Of a DNA stretch of 54,958 nucleotides, positions 27,680-36,829 are shown in pieces. The notes under the pieces are model-generated. The model ran no database searches and was not told the origin of the DNA. It worked only from the letters and a program-made list of their open reading frames with translations. The position numbers were made by a program, and so were the translations under genes. The DNA is from a virus. Taxonomy: Duplodnaviria > Heunggongvirae > Uroviricota > Caudoviricetes. The DNA lies in IMG/VR virus record IMGVR_UViG_2671180568_000004; one strand, written 5' to 3'. Every line of letters starts with the position of its first letter. Within the stretch, counting starts at the first letter, position 1.

Positions 27680-28213
27680 TTATCTGTCGATTCCCCAGCA
27701 CGCCAGCGCGCTCTCCTGGTCACGACGGGATACCTGACCGTAACAGTTATTTGAGCGAATACGGCAGTCCCTGCCACCGTCCTTAATCCACCAGCGAATC
27801 GCCTCACACGCTCCCCTGCGATCACCTGCATTAATTCGTTTATAAAACGTCGACGGAAAACACTTACCGGGGCCAATGTTGTACGGACAGAATGACGCGA
27901 TCCCCGCTTTCTGGGGTTCACTCAATGGCACTCTGATGTTTTTCTCCACCCATGCCAGCGCCTTATCACGCTCAATGGCGTTAACCCGGTCGCATTTTTC
28001 CTTCGACAACTTCATGCCCGGAACGACAGGTTTGCCATCCACCAGGATGGCACCGCGGCAGATGGTCCAGATACCCGCGCCATCACGGTATGCCGTGGTG
28101 TGGTTACCTTCCTTTTCATCCAGAAACTGGTCGAGAATGTCAGGCGCAGGCGCACCAGCGGCAATCAGCGCCAGAACGGCAGCCGACAGGCCGTATCTGA
28201 TTTTTGCGTTCAT
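27680..28213 (-). CDS. R: SAR-type endolysin (T4-lysozyme-like)
   Basis: 177 aa; N-terminal signal-anchor-release-like segment MNAKIRYGLSAAVLALIAAGAPA; lysozyme catalytic region. Confidence 0.85.
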   Translation of the reverse strand: MNAKIRYGLSAAVLALIAAGAPAPDILDQFLDEKEGNHTTAYRDGAGIWTICRGAILVDGKPVVPGMKLSKEKCDRVNAIERDKALAWVEKNIRVPLSEPQKAGIASFCPYNIGPGKCFPSTFYKRINAGDRRGACEAIRWWIKDGGRDCRIRSNNCYGQVSRRDQESALACWGIDR

Positions 28214-28318
28214 GGATATTTATCAGGATTTATCGGTTTCTGAGCCCTGGATATGTTTATCAGTTCCAGCCTGTTGCCTCAGGCTGCTAACAGGTCAATA
28301 CAATCATGAGGATTATTT

Positions 28319-28591
28319 ATGGACAATAACACCATTTCTCTACAGGAGTTGCTCGACAGCATTTCCAGGCTTCGGGAAGACGTGAATACCCTTACCGTCG
28401 CCTTCTCATATCTGGCATTCTCAATTCCAAGGGAACAGATGCAATCAACGCTGGCATCAATCCAGTTTGAATCATGCAATCCCAAATGGTCTCAGGAACA
28501 ACAAGACTCTTTCAGGCGGCTTGCTGTATTACTGGATGAAAAATATGCTGGTAAAATTACCATTTCGGCGGACTCTTCAGAGAACCAGTAA
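28319..28591 (+). CDS. hypothetical protein (90 aa) on the opposite strand inside the lysis cassette
   Basis: ATG with GAGGA RBS; TACAAT -10-like element upstream; no recognised domain. Confidence 0.45.
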   Translation: MDNNTISLQELLDSISRLREDVNTLTVAFSYLAFSIPREQMQSTLASIQFESCNPKWSQEQQDSFRRLAVLLDEKYAGKITISADSSENQ

Positions 28592-28901
28592 TTATTCCCG
28601 GTAGTTTTCCTCTGTAGGTTATCAACACATCCTGCGCCTCTAAAATTACGGGGCGCTTTTCCGGCGACTGCTCATCCCCTTCACATAACCCGGCAGCAAC
28701 ATCCAGGAAGACCTGTCTGATGCTTCTTCTGGCTGCTGCCTCATAAAACTCCAGCGCGGCACCTTCAACACGGTCCAGCGAGATGTCCAGGTCAAAAATT
28801 TCACCGTCAAAGCGTTTTTTGTCCCGTAACGCTAAAGTTACCGTAACTTTATTCTCAAAATTGCGGATCCCTTTCACAATCAGTTCATAGTTTTGAGTCA
28901 T
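28557..28901 (-). CDS. YdfR-like protein directly downstream of holin
   Basis: 114 aa; ATG with GGGGAGAG RBS; start region overlaps holin stop; position matches ydfR in K-12 Qin. Confidence 0.5.
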   Translation of the reverse strand: MTQNYELIVKGIRNFENKVTVTLALRDKKRFDGEIFDLDISLDRVEGAALEFYEAAARRSIRQVFLDVAAGLCEGDEQSPEKRPVILEAQDVLITYRGKLPGIITGSLKSPPKW

Positions 28902-28905
28902 TGAA

Positions 28906-29121
28906 TTACTCTCCCCGTGCCGCCTTACGACGGTCCTCTCTGATTTTGAAATACAGGTTAGTCAGATATGTCAGCAGCCCAAACAGCAGACTCCCCAGCA
29001 CGCCTATTGCCGCCCACTGAGACGGGGAAACCCTGTCCAGCAACTGCAGGAACCAGTAGCCCGTTCCCACCGCTGACGTGGTGTATGACACACCTGTTGT
29101 GATTTTTTCCATCTGGTACAT
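28906..29121 (-). CDS. S: holin (dual-start motif MYQM)
   Basis: [73 protein letters not shown] segments plus charged C-terminus. Confidence 0.85.
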   Translation of the reverse strand: MYQMEKITTGVSYTTSAVGTGYWFLQLLDRVSPSQWAAIGVLGSLLFGLLTYLTNLYFKIREDRRKAARGE

Positions 29122-29271
29122 ACCCCGTCTCCCGTTATCCGGAAGCTGACAACAATAAAAAAAGCCACCAGTTAAGTACTGATGGCTCTGATAACTCATG
29201 CAGGCATCTCAGACGACCCACTGACACTACCGGTGAGTTTAACGATACCTTCCATTTGACTGGCTCACTTT

Positions 29272-32200
29272 TTATGATGATGCCGGTGCATTTATCTCCA
29301 GCACCAGGCTGCCGATATCGACGCCATACGCTGCATTTTTGGTAATATCCGTCAGCGTCAGCGCATTCAGCCCCAGTGTCAGACTGTCTTTTATGACCTG
29401 GAATGCCGGGCCAGCCACTCCATTCAGTTTCGGAGTAACCGTGGCACTGCCGGCGGTGAACACCAGCTCCAGCGTCTGCCAGTCGTTACTGTAATTCCCG
29501 AACTCGCCCAACTTTGTGTTTCCGGCTTTCTTGTGATGCATCAGATTCAGTTTGCCGTCTGTGGTCTGGGTGAAGAACGACATCAGGAACGGGTTACCAG
29601 TCCCGGTCATCGCCACGACGTCAGGTAACGCTACATCGGTATACAGATAAATTCCCAGACCGAACTGGTTGTTGGTCAGTGCGCCTGACAGTCGAAACTT
29701 ACAGCTCAGTCTGCCACCCCGTGTCAGCAGGGAGACTGCGTCATCCACCGGATGCATCAGGGACCAGGTTTTATTGCTCTGCTTGGTAACCTTAAACACA
29801 CCATCTTCCAGCGCAACACTGCCGCCGGTGATGGTCCAGCCCTGCGCAGCAGCCTCTCCGGCTGTCGGCAGCAGGGAGACTGTACGAACGGATGTGTCAC
29901 CATCAGACGGCCCCGATGGNNNNNNNNNNCGTCAGCGCATTCAGCCCCAGTGTCAGACTGTCTTTTATGACCTGGAATGCCGGGCCAGCCACTCCATTCA
30001 GTTTCGGAGTAACCGTGGCACTGCCGGCGGTGAACACCAGCTCCAGCGTCTGCCAGTCGTTACTGTAATTCCCGAACTCGCCCAACTTTGTGTTTCCGGC
30101 TTTCTTGTGATGCATCAGATTCAGTTTGCCGTCTGTGGTCTGGGTGAAGAACGACATCAGGAACGGGTTACCAGTCCCGGTCATCGCCACGACGTCAGGT
30201 AACGCTACATCGGTATACAGATAAATTCCCAGACCGAACTGGTTGTTGGTCAGTGCGCCTGACAGTCGAAACTTACAGCTCAGTCTGCCACCCCGTGTCA
30301 GCAGGGAGACTGCGTCATCCACCGGATGCATCAGGGACCAGGTTTTATTGCTCTGCTTGGTAACCTTAAACACACCATCTTCCAGCGCAACACTGCCGCC
30401 GGTGATGGTCCAGCCCTGCGCAGCAGCCTCTCCGGCTGTCGGCAGCAGGGAGACTGTACGAACGGATGTGTCACCATCAGACGGCCCCGATGGCGTGTCG
30501 CCGCCGGGTGAGGGTTTAATCTCCGGTGCGGTACCGCTGATGAAGGCGCTGGTTCGACCAACTGCGTTCAGAATAGCGGTTGCCAGGCGATCCGAAATAA
30601 TGCCCCTGCGCGCCCATGAACTGAAATGTGTCGGACGATTTGACGATACCCAATTACCATTACTACGGGATAGCGCGCCGTAATAACCTGCATCAGCAAT
30701 ATCCGGGTCTTCTGCCGGTAAGTTGGTGGGCGTGTTGTTGCCGTTACCGTCGGTCATGAACGGCACAAAGAAAACGTTGTCGCTCTCCCTGTTTTTGTAC
30801 GCGCCGTAGACGGAGTCATACTGTGTGCCGTATGTGTTTTTCCAGTAATACGTCGTGTCGCCACAAATCCACGGTACAACTGCAGCACTGCCGCCATGGC
30901 ACTGCGCGTTAAATCCGGAAAGGTCAGTACGGAACTGCTTCAGCATGGCCGTGAACAGGTCCGGTTGCTGTGCGTAGGTGGCAGCGCTCATGTCAAATTC
31001 GCCCTGCATCCAGCACACCGCCAGCAACACATTTTTCGGGTTCTTCTGTAATGCNNNNNNNNNNGAGGGTTTAATCTCCGGTGCGGTACCGCTGATGAAG
31101 GCGCTGGTTCGACCAACTGCGTTCAGAATAGCGGTTGCCAGGCGATCCGAAATAATGCCCCTGCGCGCCCATGAACTGAAATGTGTCGGACGATTTGACG
31201 ATACCCAATTACCATTACTACGGGATAGCGCGCCGTAATAACCTGCATCAGCAATATCCGGGTCTTCTGCCGGTAAGTTGGTGGGCGTGTTGTTGCCGTT
31301 ACCGTCGGTCATGAACGGCACAAAGAAAACGTTGTCGCTCTCCCTGTTTTTGTACGCGCCGTAGACGGAGTCATACTGTGTGCCGTATGTGTTTTTCCAG
31401 TAATACGTCGTGTCGCCACAAATCCACGGTACAACTGCAGCACTGCCGCCATGGCACTGCGCGTTAAATCCGGAAAGGTCAGTACGGAACTGCTTCAGCA
31501 TGGCCGTGAACAGGTCCGGTTGCTGTGCGTAGGTGGCAGCGCTCATGTCAAATTCGCCCTGCATCCAGCACACCGCCAGCAACACATTTTTCGGGTTCTT
31601 CTGTAATGCCGCTTTGGTGCGTGCGATCAGGTCCTGATATAACGGTTTACCCACACCCCAGCGTGCCGAATCCTGGCTGGCCCCCGTGTCCGCACTGAAT
31701 GTCCCCTCCGCGCCCTGGGTGAATGCCGAACCACCACGACAGCATGGTACCAGCAGGATCCCCGCGTTATTCGGGATATACGGAAGCAGTTTTTTGGCAA
31801 TATGTAAGCCCTGGCCGACACAGCCGTACTGCCCTTTGCTCAGGTCTGCCTTCGGATGATTCAGTGCGCTCATATCCTGAACATCATGCAGGCAGTGGTC
31901 TGCCGGAATGATGTCGTTAAATGCGCATGCTTTACCACCGGGAGTCACTGTGTTGCGACGGGCCAGTTGCTTAATGCGTGGGTGGGGCGCATCGTAAGAA
32001 TCCGGAAGCGGAAGCCCTTCACCGTAAGCCATGGCATTGGATTGCCCGGCCAGTACGATGACGTAGTACCACTCCGGCTCAGTTGCACCACTGACGACCA
32101 CATCACCTTCTGCTGCAATCGCCTGCATCAGGGTATAAGGGGTTATGGCCACCGGACTACCAAACGGCTGCCAGCCCTCTTTCATTTTATGTGTCAGCTT

Positions 32201-32272
32201 TTCCGCAAGATCTGACGGCGACGCCGCCCTGACAACATCATAGTGTTTAAATGCCATGGTTCTTTCCACCAT
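29272..32272 (-). CDS. prophage sialate O-acetylesterase-like protein (NanS-p-like); coordinates inflated by two scaffold duplications
   Basis: N-terminal MAFKHYDVVRAASPSDLAEKL...; esterase block VLAGQSNAMAYGEG; real length about 623 aa after collapsing the duplicated blocks; likely start ATG at 32257. Confidence 0.6.
29920..29929. other. N10 scaffold gap; 29356..29919 repeated verbatim at 29930..30493
   Basis: read directly. Confidence 0.9.
31055..31064. other. N10 scaffold gap; 30510..31054 repeated verbatim at 31065..31609
   Basis: read directly. Confidence 0.9.
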
Positions 32273-32517
32273 CTGAAAAATGATTCTTTAAAATACCTGA
32301 CATGTAATACAGAAAAAACACAAAACCATACCTTAAATAAAAACCTCATCATCAAGCAGATATGCATGGATAAACTACAAGACGAGATATAAACCACCCT
32401 GCATTTAAATAAACAATAAACAACATCAGAAAAATAATTCTGCTCTATGGTTTACAATCAAAAATATCATTTATACTTTTCAGAACATCACCAGCAAGGC
32501 ATAAACAAGGAAACTAA

Positions 32518-32853
32518 ATGAAGTGGATTGTGATTGATACAGTTATCCAGCCATCATGCGGAATATCTTTTTCAGTCATATGGAGTAAAATAAAATTAAT
32601 AATCTGGTATCAATCGGATGCTTTCTTACCTCCTGAAAGTATATTTACACTGACTCACACAGGCATCATGCTCAATAACAAAGTGCTACCTGTAACCATT
32701 TACAACGTAGTACCATTCAATAAAACATTATGGAATTTAATCAAAAACAGCCAGGAATGCCCTACAAATACAGATAACGTATTGAATGAATGCTTTAATA
32801 ACCGTTGCACTCTGCAAATATGTCCTTATGGGCTAAAACAACAAAGTCCATAA
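32518..32853 (+). CDS. hypothetical Cys-rich protein (111 aa) in an AT-rich island
   Basis: ATG with AAGGAAA RBS; candidate promoter TTTACA-15nt-TATACT about 50 nt upstream; opposite strand to the late operon; 7 Cys. Confidence 0.4.
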   Translation: MKWIVIDTVIQPSCGISFSVIWSKIKLIIWYQSDAFLPPESIFTLTHTGIMLNNKVLPVTIYNVVPFNKTLWNLIKNSQECPTNTDNVLNECFNNRCTLQICPYGLKQQSP

Positions 32854-32888
32854 GCAGTTTACTCACATCTGACAAAATCAATATAAAC

Positions 32889-33069
32889 AGCCCCTCCGGA
32901 GAGGGGCTGGAGAGTGGCGCTATGTGCCATTGCATGGTGCCGGGTGCCTCCCGGTGAATTCAGTACCAGCACCTGAATCCGCGATTATCCCATATACCTA
33001 CTCGCTGATTACCCCTCCGCACAGGGGGATTCACCATGCGAAATTTTTTAACAAACTTCCCGCCGGCCA
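32889..33069. repeat. copy A of a ~180-bp element (hairpin AGCCCCTCCGGAGAGGGGCT plus conserved blocks)
   Basis: shares hairpin, GCATGGTGCC.GG.GCCTCCCGGT.AATTCAG, GGGGGATTCACCATGCGA and TTTTAACAAA...GCCAGACAAT.ATC with copy B. Confidence 0.7.
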
Positions 33070-33341
33070 GACAATAATCGCCAGCCTGAATTATGAGCAA
33101 CGTGGCATTTTACGGGAAAACTGTTTTCTGCAGTAAAAAGGCCCGCCGGAGCGAGCCTGGAAGGATAGCGGTCATGTGATGCCGGTTTCCCGGTAACTCA
33201 GCATCGGTATCTGAGTCAACGTTTTCTCTACTGGGTCATTTCCGATACGTTCCGCCTTCCGGCAGACTTTCATCACGTCAGAAAATATAGCACCCTGAGT
33301 AACAGGACAGTACTCAGAATTCAGGAAACTGTGACACATCC

Positions 33342-33539
33342 TGCACAGAAAAGCCCCTCCGGAGAGGGGCTGAAGTATAGCCTAATTTCTGTCTGTCGCA
33401 TGGTGCCAGGGGCCTCCCGGTAAATTCAGCCTGTCTACTGAATTTGCATGTTCTCTGGATCATACACTTTGCCAGATGCCCCGCCGCTGAGGGGGATTCA
33501 CCATGCGATGTAATTTTTAACAAATTCTCCGGCAGCCAG
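33342..33539. repeat. copy B of the same element, same orientation
   Basis: see copy A. Confidence 0.7.
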
Positions 33540-33739
33540 ACAATCATCAAGCTGTGGAATTGTGAGGTATTTAAAAATTTCAACGGGTAACTGATACCCT
33601 GCTAATCGCCTGATGCTTTCTTTTTCAGCAACGGGAAAGCAACAACCACACACCCGCCACCAAAACACCATCAGACAGCACCGACATTATCCGGCTGCTG
33701 AAGTCCACCATCACCACCAGAAACAACAGGAGTGCAACC

Positions 33740-33786
33740 ACAGCTGCTTAGAAGGCAATTGCTCTGTCCGGCTGAGCTAACAACGC
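33740..33786 (-). pseudogene. tRNA-Arg(UCU)-like 5' fragment (acceptor, D-arm and anticodon arm only)
   Basis: GCGTTGTTAGCTCAGCCGGACAGAGCAATTGCCTTCTAAGCAGCTG resembles argU up to the anticodon loop; no canonical T-arm or 3' acceptor strand. Confidence 0.35.
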
Positions 33787-33799
33787 ATGATGCAGATAA

Positions 33800-33876
33800 T
33801 GGACCGCCATCGGGGACTTGAACCCCGCGCAGCCAGCTTCGAAGGCTGGCGCTCTATCCCGATGAGCTAATGGCGG
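33800..33876 (-). tRNA. tRNA-Arg (anticodon UCG)
   Basis: cloverleaf by eye: acceptor CCGCCAT/ATGGCGG, D-arm TAGCTCATCGGGATAGAGC, anticodon loop CTTCGAA, T-arm GGGGTTCAAGTCCCC, CCA. Confidence 0.75.
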
Positions 33877-33883
33877 TATGTGA

Positions 33884-33959
33884 TGGTGGCCCTTGCTGGA
33901 TTTGAACCAGCGACCTGGCGATTATGAGTCGCTCGCTCTCACCACTGAGCTAAAGGGCC
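33884..33959 (-). tRNA. tRNA-Ile2/Met-type (anticodon CAU), ileX/ileZ-like
   Basis: GGCCCTTTAGCTCAGTGGTGAGAGCGAGCGACTCATAATCGCCAGGTCGCTGGTTCAAATCCAGCAAGGGCCACCA; near-identical in architecture to E. coli ileX as recalled. Confidence 0.85.
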
Positions 33960-34008
33960 GGGAGCAGAATAATAATGGTGCGTAATTAATTCTGCAATCT
34001 CATCCGTT

Positions 34009-35058
34009 TCAAACGATTAAATCCTGAACTTCCCTGACTGTCTGCTCAAAACGTCCGGTCTCCAGCTCAACACCAATCGCACGACGCCCCAGTGCCATCG
34101 CCGCTTTTACCGTTGAACCCGACCCCATGAAAAAATCCGCAACCAGATCACCAGGACGACTACTTGCGCTGATTATCTGCTGCAGCATTTCTGCCGGTTT
34201 TTCGCACGGATGTTTCCCTGGATAGTACTGCACTGGTTTATACGTCCACACATCGGTGTACGGCACCTGCACCGTCACACCGAAATACCGCCGCAAATTT
34301 TTATATTCACTCAGCAGTTCCATATACTGCCGGTTCAGCTCACTGTATGTGCTGACCAGCTGGTGGTGTGGCTTTTCCAGTTCCCCGCGCTGATGTTTCT
34401 CTTCTGCCACCCGGGCAAACAGCGACTGTAATTTCAGATAATCGCTTTCATTCGGCAACTGCCACTGACCGGCACTGAACCAGTGCGACACCATGTTTTT
34501 CTTTCCTGTGGCATCTGCAATCTGTTTTGCCGTTATCCCCAGGGCTGCGCGCGCATCACGAAAGTAAGAAATCAGCGGGGCCATCACATGCTGTTTCAGT
34601 GCACTGCCCTTCGCCGCATACCCGGCATCTTTCGGACGATACGGCCCCTGATAATGTTCCGCGAACAGAATGCGCTCTGTGGCGGGGAAATACGCCCGCA
34701 GGCTTTCCTTGTTGCATCCGTTCCAGCGTCCGGACGGCTTCGCCCAGATAATATGGTTCAGCACACTGAAGCGTTCACGCATCATGATTTCGATATCAGA
34801 TGCCAGGCGATGACCACAGAACAGGTAAAGACTTCCGGCAGGTTTCAGCACCCGCCAGAACTGCGCCAGACACTGGTCCAGCCACTTCAGGTAATCATCG
34901 TCGCCCTTCCACTGGTTATCCCAGCCCTCAGGCTTCACTTTAAAGTACGGCGGGTCCGTGACTATCAGGTCAACAGAATTTTCGGGTAACGACCGGATAA
35001 ATTCCAGGCAGTCGGCGTTGATTAACTCACAACTGGATATTTTTACAGTATTAAGCAT
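34009..35058 (-). CDS. DNA N6-adenine methyltransferase (Dam-like orphan)
   Basis: 349 aa; motif IV DPPY (VTDPPYF); C-terminal SAM-binding FFMGSGST. Confidence 0.85.
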   Translation of the reverse strand: MLNTVKISSCELINADCLEFIRSLPENSVDLIVTDPPYFKVKPEGWDNQWKGDDDYLKWLDQCLAQFWRVLKPAGSLYLFCGHRLASDIEIMMRERFSVLNHIIWAKPSGRWNGCNKESLRAYFPATERILFAEHYQGPYRPKDAGYAAKGSALKQHVMAPLISYFRDARAALGITAKQIADATGKKNMVSHWFSAGQWQLPNESDYLKLQSLFARVAEEKHQRGELEKPHHQLVSTYSELNRQYMELLSEYKNLRRYFGVTVQVPYTDVWTYKPVQYYPGKHPCEKPAEMLQQIISASSRPGDLVADFFMGSGSTVKAAMALGRRAIGVELETGRFEQTVREVQDLIV

Positions 35059-35194
35059 GGATCATTAAGCCTGTCTCTGATAGGCTCATTCTGCTTTTGC
35101 GCAAAGCAGTGGGCCTGAGGTTTGCTTGTGATCCGGACGCATGAGCAGATGGCTGGTGGGTGCCCCTAACACCCACCAGCCGCCCATTTACCAC

Positions 35195-35222
35195 AAATAA
35201 AAAAGCCTTCACTGCGGAAGGC
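35195..35222 (-). terminator. rho-independent terminator
   Basis: hairpin GCCTTC-CGCAGT-GAAGGC followed by TTTTTTATTT on the minus strand. Confidence 0.6.
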
Positions 35223-35406
35223 GTCTGTAACAACCGAACTGATAGTCTGCCAGACCCGCCATAACCAGCTGAGTCAGTATTAACTGGCAGCGTTCGCGTG
35301 AAAGGTAAGTATTCTGCGCTATCTCCCCGACTGTCGCCGGGTCGGTAACGCTTAATTCATTAAACACCACTCTGGCGGTTTCTGTCATATCCTGCTGTTT
35401 TAGCAT
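35209..35406 (-). CDS. hypothetical small protein (65 aa) immediately after tR'
   Basis: ATG with AGGAAAAG RBS; stop inside the terminator stem. Confidence 0.4.
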   Translation of the reverse strand: MLKQQDMTETARVVFNELSVTDPATVGEIAQNTYLSRERCQLILTQLVMAGLADYQFGCYRRLPQ

Positions 35407-35525
35407 GTCTTTTCCTTTTCCGGTTAACGTGACACACCAATAACTCTTGTCGAAAAAGCCAGCAAGCTGAAAGACAGGTATTCACCGCCACCAGCGCGTT
35501 TACTGTACTGACGCGATTTCAGTCA

Positions 35526-35625
35526 TAAAAAACCCGCCAGGCGGCGGGGTGTAAAAAATCTTCTAACGTCAGGCATAAAACGCCCATCGTTAGAGCAAAT
35601 TTACCACAGATTCGGGAAAAATCAA
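35526..35625 (-). promoter_or_regulatory. late promoter pR'-like element and tR' terminator downstream of Q
   Basis: -35 TTGATT, 16-nt spacer, -10 TAAATT just after the Q stop; then hairpin CCCCGCCGCCTGGCGGG plus T6. Confidence 0.6.
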
Positions 35626-35630
35626 CAACA

Positions 35631-36452
35631 CTATCGCGTTACCCTCTTTAACTGCCGCTCCGCCCATGCCTCTTCAATGTCAAACCGAACCACCAACGTA
35701 TCGTAAAAGCGTTTCACTGATTTTTTCCACGTATCAAGCGTGATAGCACTCGTCACTTTGCGTATGGCATTAAATGCCTCCGTTGATGGTAGTCTTTCAC
35801 AGCCACGACCACCACAACGCTGGCAGTCTCTGATAACAGGCATACCACGTTTTACCGACTCTTCACGATGAATGGCGACACCACGCCCACGGCAATCCTT
35901 ACAGGCGGTGGAAACCTCACCCTTTCCGCCACACTCCGGACAGGCAACTTTTACCACCTCCCTGACTTTTTTCCATTCTTCCCAGTAAGACGGATACACA
36001 CCTTTCGTACACTTTGCCCATACCGGCGGCTTACCATCCGGATACTGGACCTTGTTTGTAAAAACCTCGCTTTCAATAAATTTTTTTCCGTGACAGCAGG
36101 AGCACTGTTTTTTGCTCGCCGCGCTACGGGCATAATCTTCAAACGCATACGAAGCCATAATACGCATCACTGCCGGTTTTATTTCTGCCGGGAGTTTTCT
36201 TAACGCCGCCACGCGATCACACCGACTGAGTGCATATTCTGTCAGCAATTCTGTTGCCCGCTCTCTGTCATTCATACTAATGCCCATTTTCCCAAGGAAC
36301 GCAGAAAACCCCATCTCAGCCCGATTCTGTGTCATGCCCTGCGCGGCCATCACATCAGTGATACTCAGCGCATCTTTCGACGTTGAGGCCGATGCATCAG
36401 TCAGGCCGGGGGATTTTGGGGAGTAGTATTTCGGTAAATCTTCCAGTTTCAT
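35631..36452 (-). CDS. Q: late antiterminator Q (Cys-rich, zinc-binding type)
   Basis: 273 aa; multiple CxxC pairs; sits between rusA and the pR'/tR' element. Confidence 0.75.
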   Translation of the reverse strand: MKLEDLPKYYSPKSPGLTDASASTSKDALSITDVMAAQGMTQNRAEMGFSAFLGKMGISMNDRERATELLTEYALSRCDRVAALRKLPAEIKPAVMRIMASYAFEDYARSAASKKQCSCCHGKKFIESEVFTNKVQYPDGKPPVWAKCTKGVYPSYWEEWKKVREVVKVACPECGGKGEVSTACKDCRGRGVAIHREESVKRGMPVIRDCQRCGGRGCERLPSTEAFNAIRKVTSAITLDTWKKSVKRFYDTLVVRFDIEEAWAERQLKRVTR

Positions 36453-36829
36453 TTTTTGACCTGCTCTTCATGCATTATGGGGTAAATCTTCACCCCCATA
36501 CGTCCACCAGATACTGGCTGACCACGAACGATATTGATTTCATCAAACTGCTCATCGTCCATTAACACTCCCGCATGCGTCAGCGCATCCAGCGGTGCTT
36601 TCAGGATATTGTCCAGGTCGCGACGACGCTTATCCGGTGGCTCTGCAATCACCTTTATCGCCAGCCTTCCGGACAGGCTTAATTTCAGCCGCTGCTGGCG
36701 AACAATAAGCGCCACAGCCCGGCGATAACGCTTTCCCTCCTCCGAGATAAAATATGTGCTGCCACGGCGTCGCCAGTAAGTGTTCACCGTTGGCGGGTAA
36801 GGCAAAACAAATTCTATGCGTTCAGTCAT
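36449..36829 (-). CDS. rusA: Holliday junction resolvase RusA
   Basis: 126 aa; MTERIEFVLPYPPTVNTYWRRRG...DLDNILKAPLDALTHAGVLMDDEQ. Confidence 0.9.
   Translation of the reverse strand: MTERIEFVLPYPPTVNTYWRRRGSTYFISEEGKRYRRAVALIVRQQRLKLSLSGRLAIKVIAEPPDKRRRDLDNILKAPLDALTHAGVLMDDEQFDEINIVRGQPVSGGRMGVKIYPIMHEEQVKK

Noticed and set aside
29356-30493. Genuine tandem duplication within the esterase gene
   Set aside because: Each duplicate is separated by exactly 10 N and restarts verbatim, the signature of overlapping contigs joined by a scaffolder.
33711-33786. Intact third tRNA (tRNA-Arg UCU)
   Set aside because: Acceptor 5' strand, D-arm and anticodon arm are recognisable but there is no canonical T-arm or complementary 3' acceptor strand; kept only as a fragment.
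32273-33799. Shiga toxin genes (stxA/stxB) at the expected position between tRNAs and the esterase
   Set aside because: No ORF of the right size or with signal-peptide A/B subunit features in any frame; only an AT-rich unrelated 111-aa ORF and repeats.
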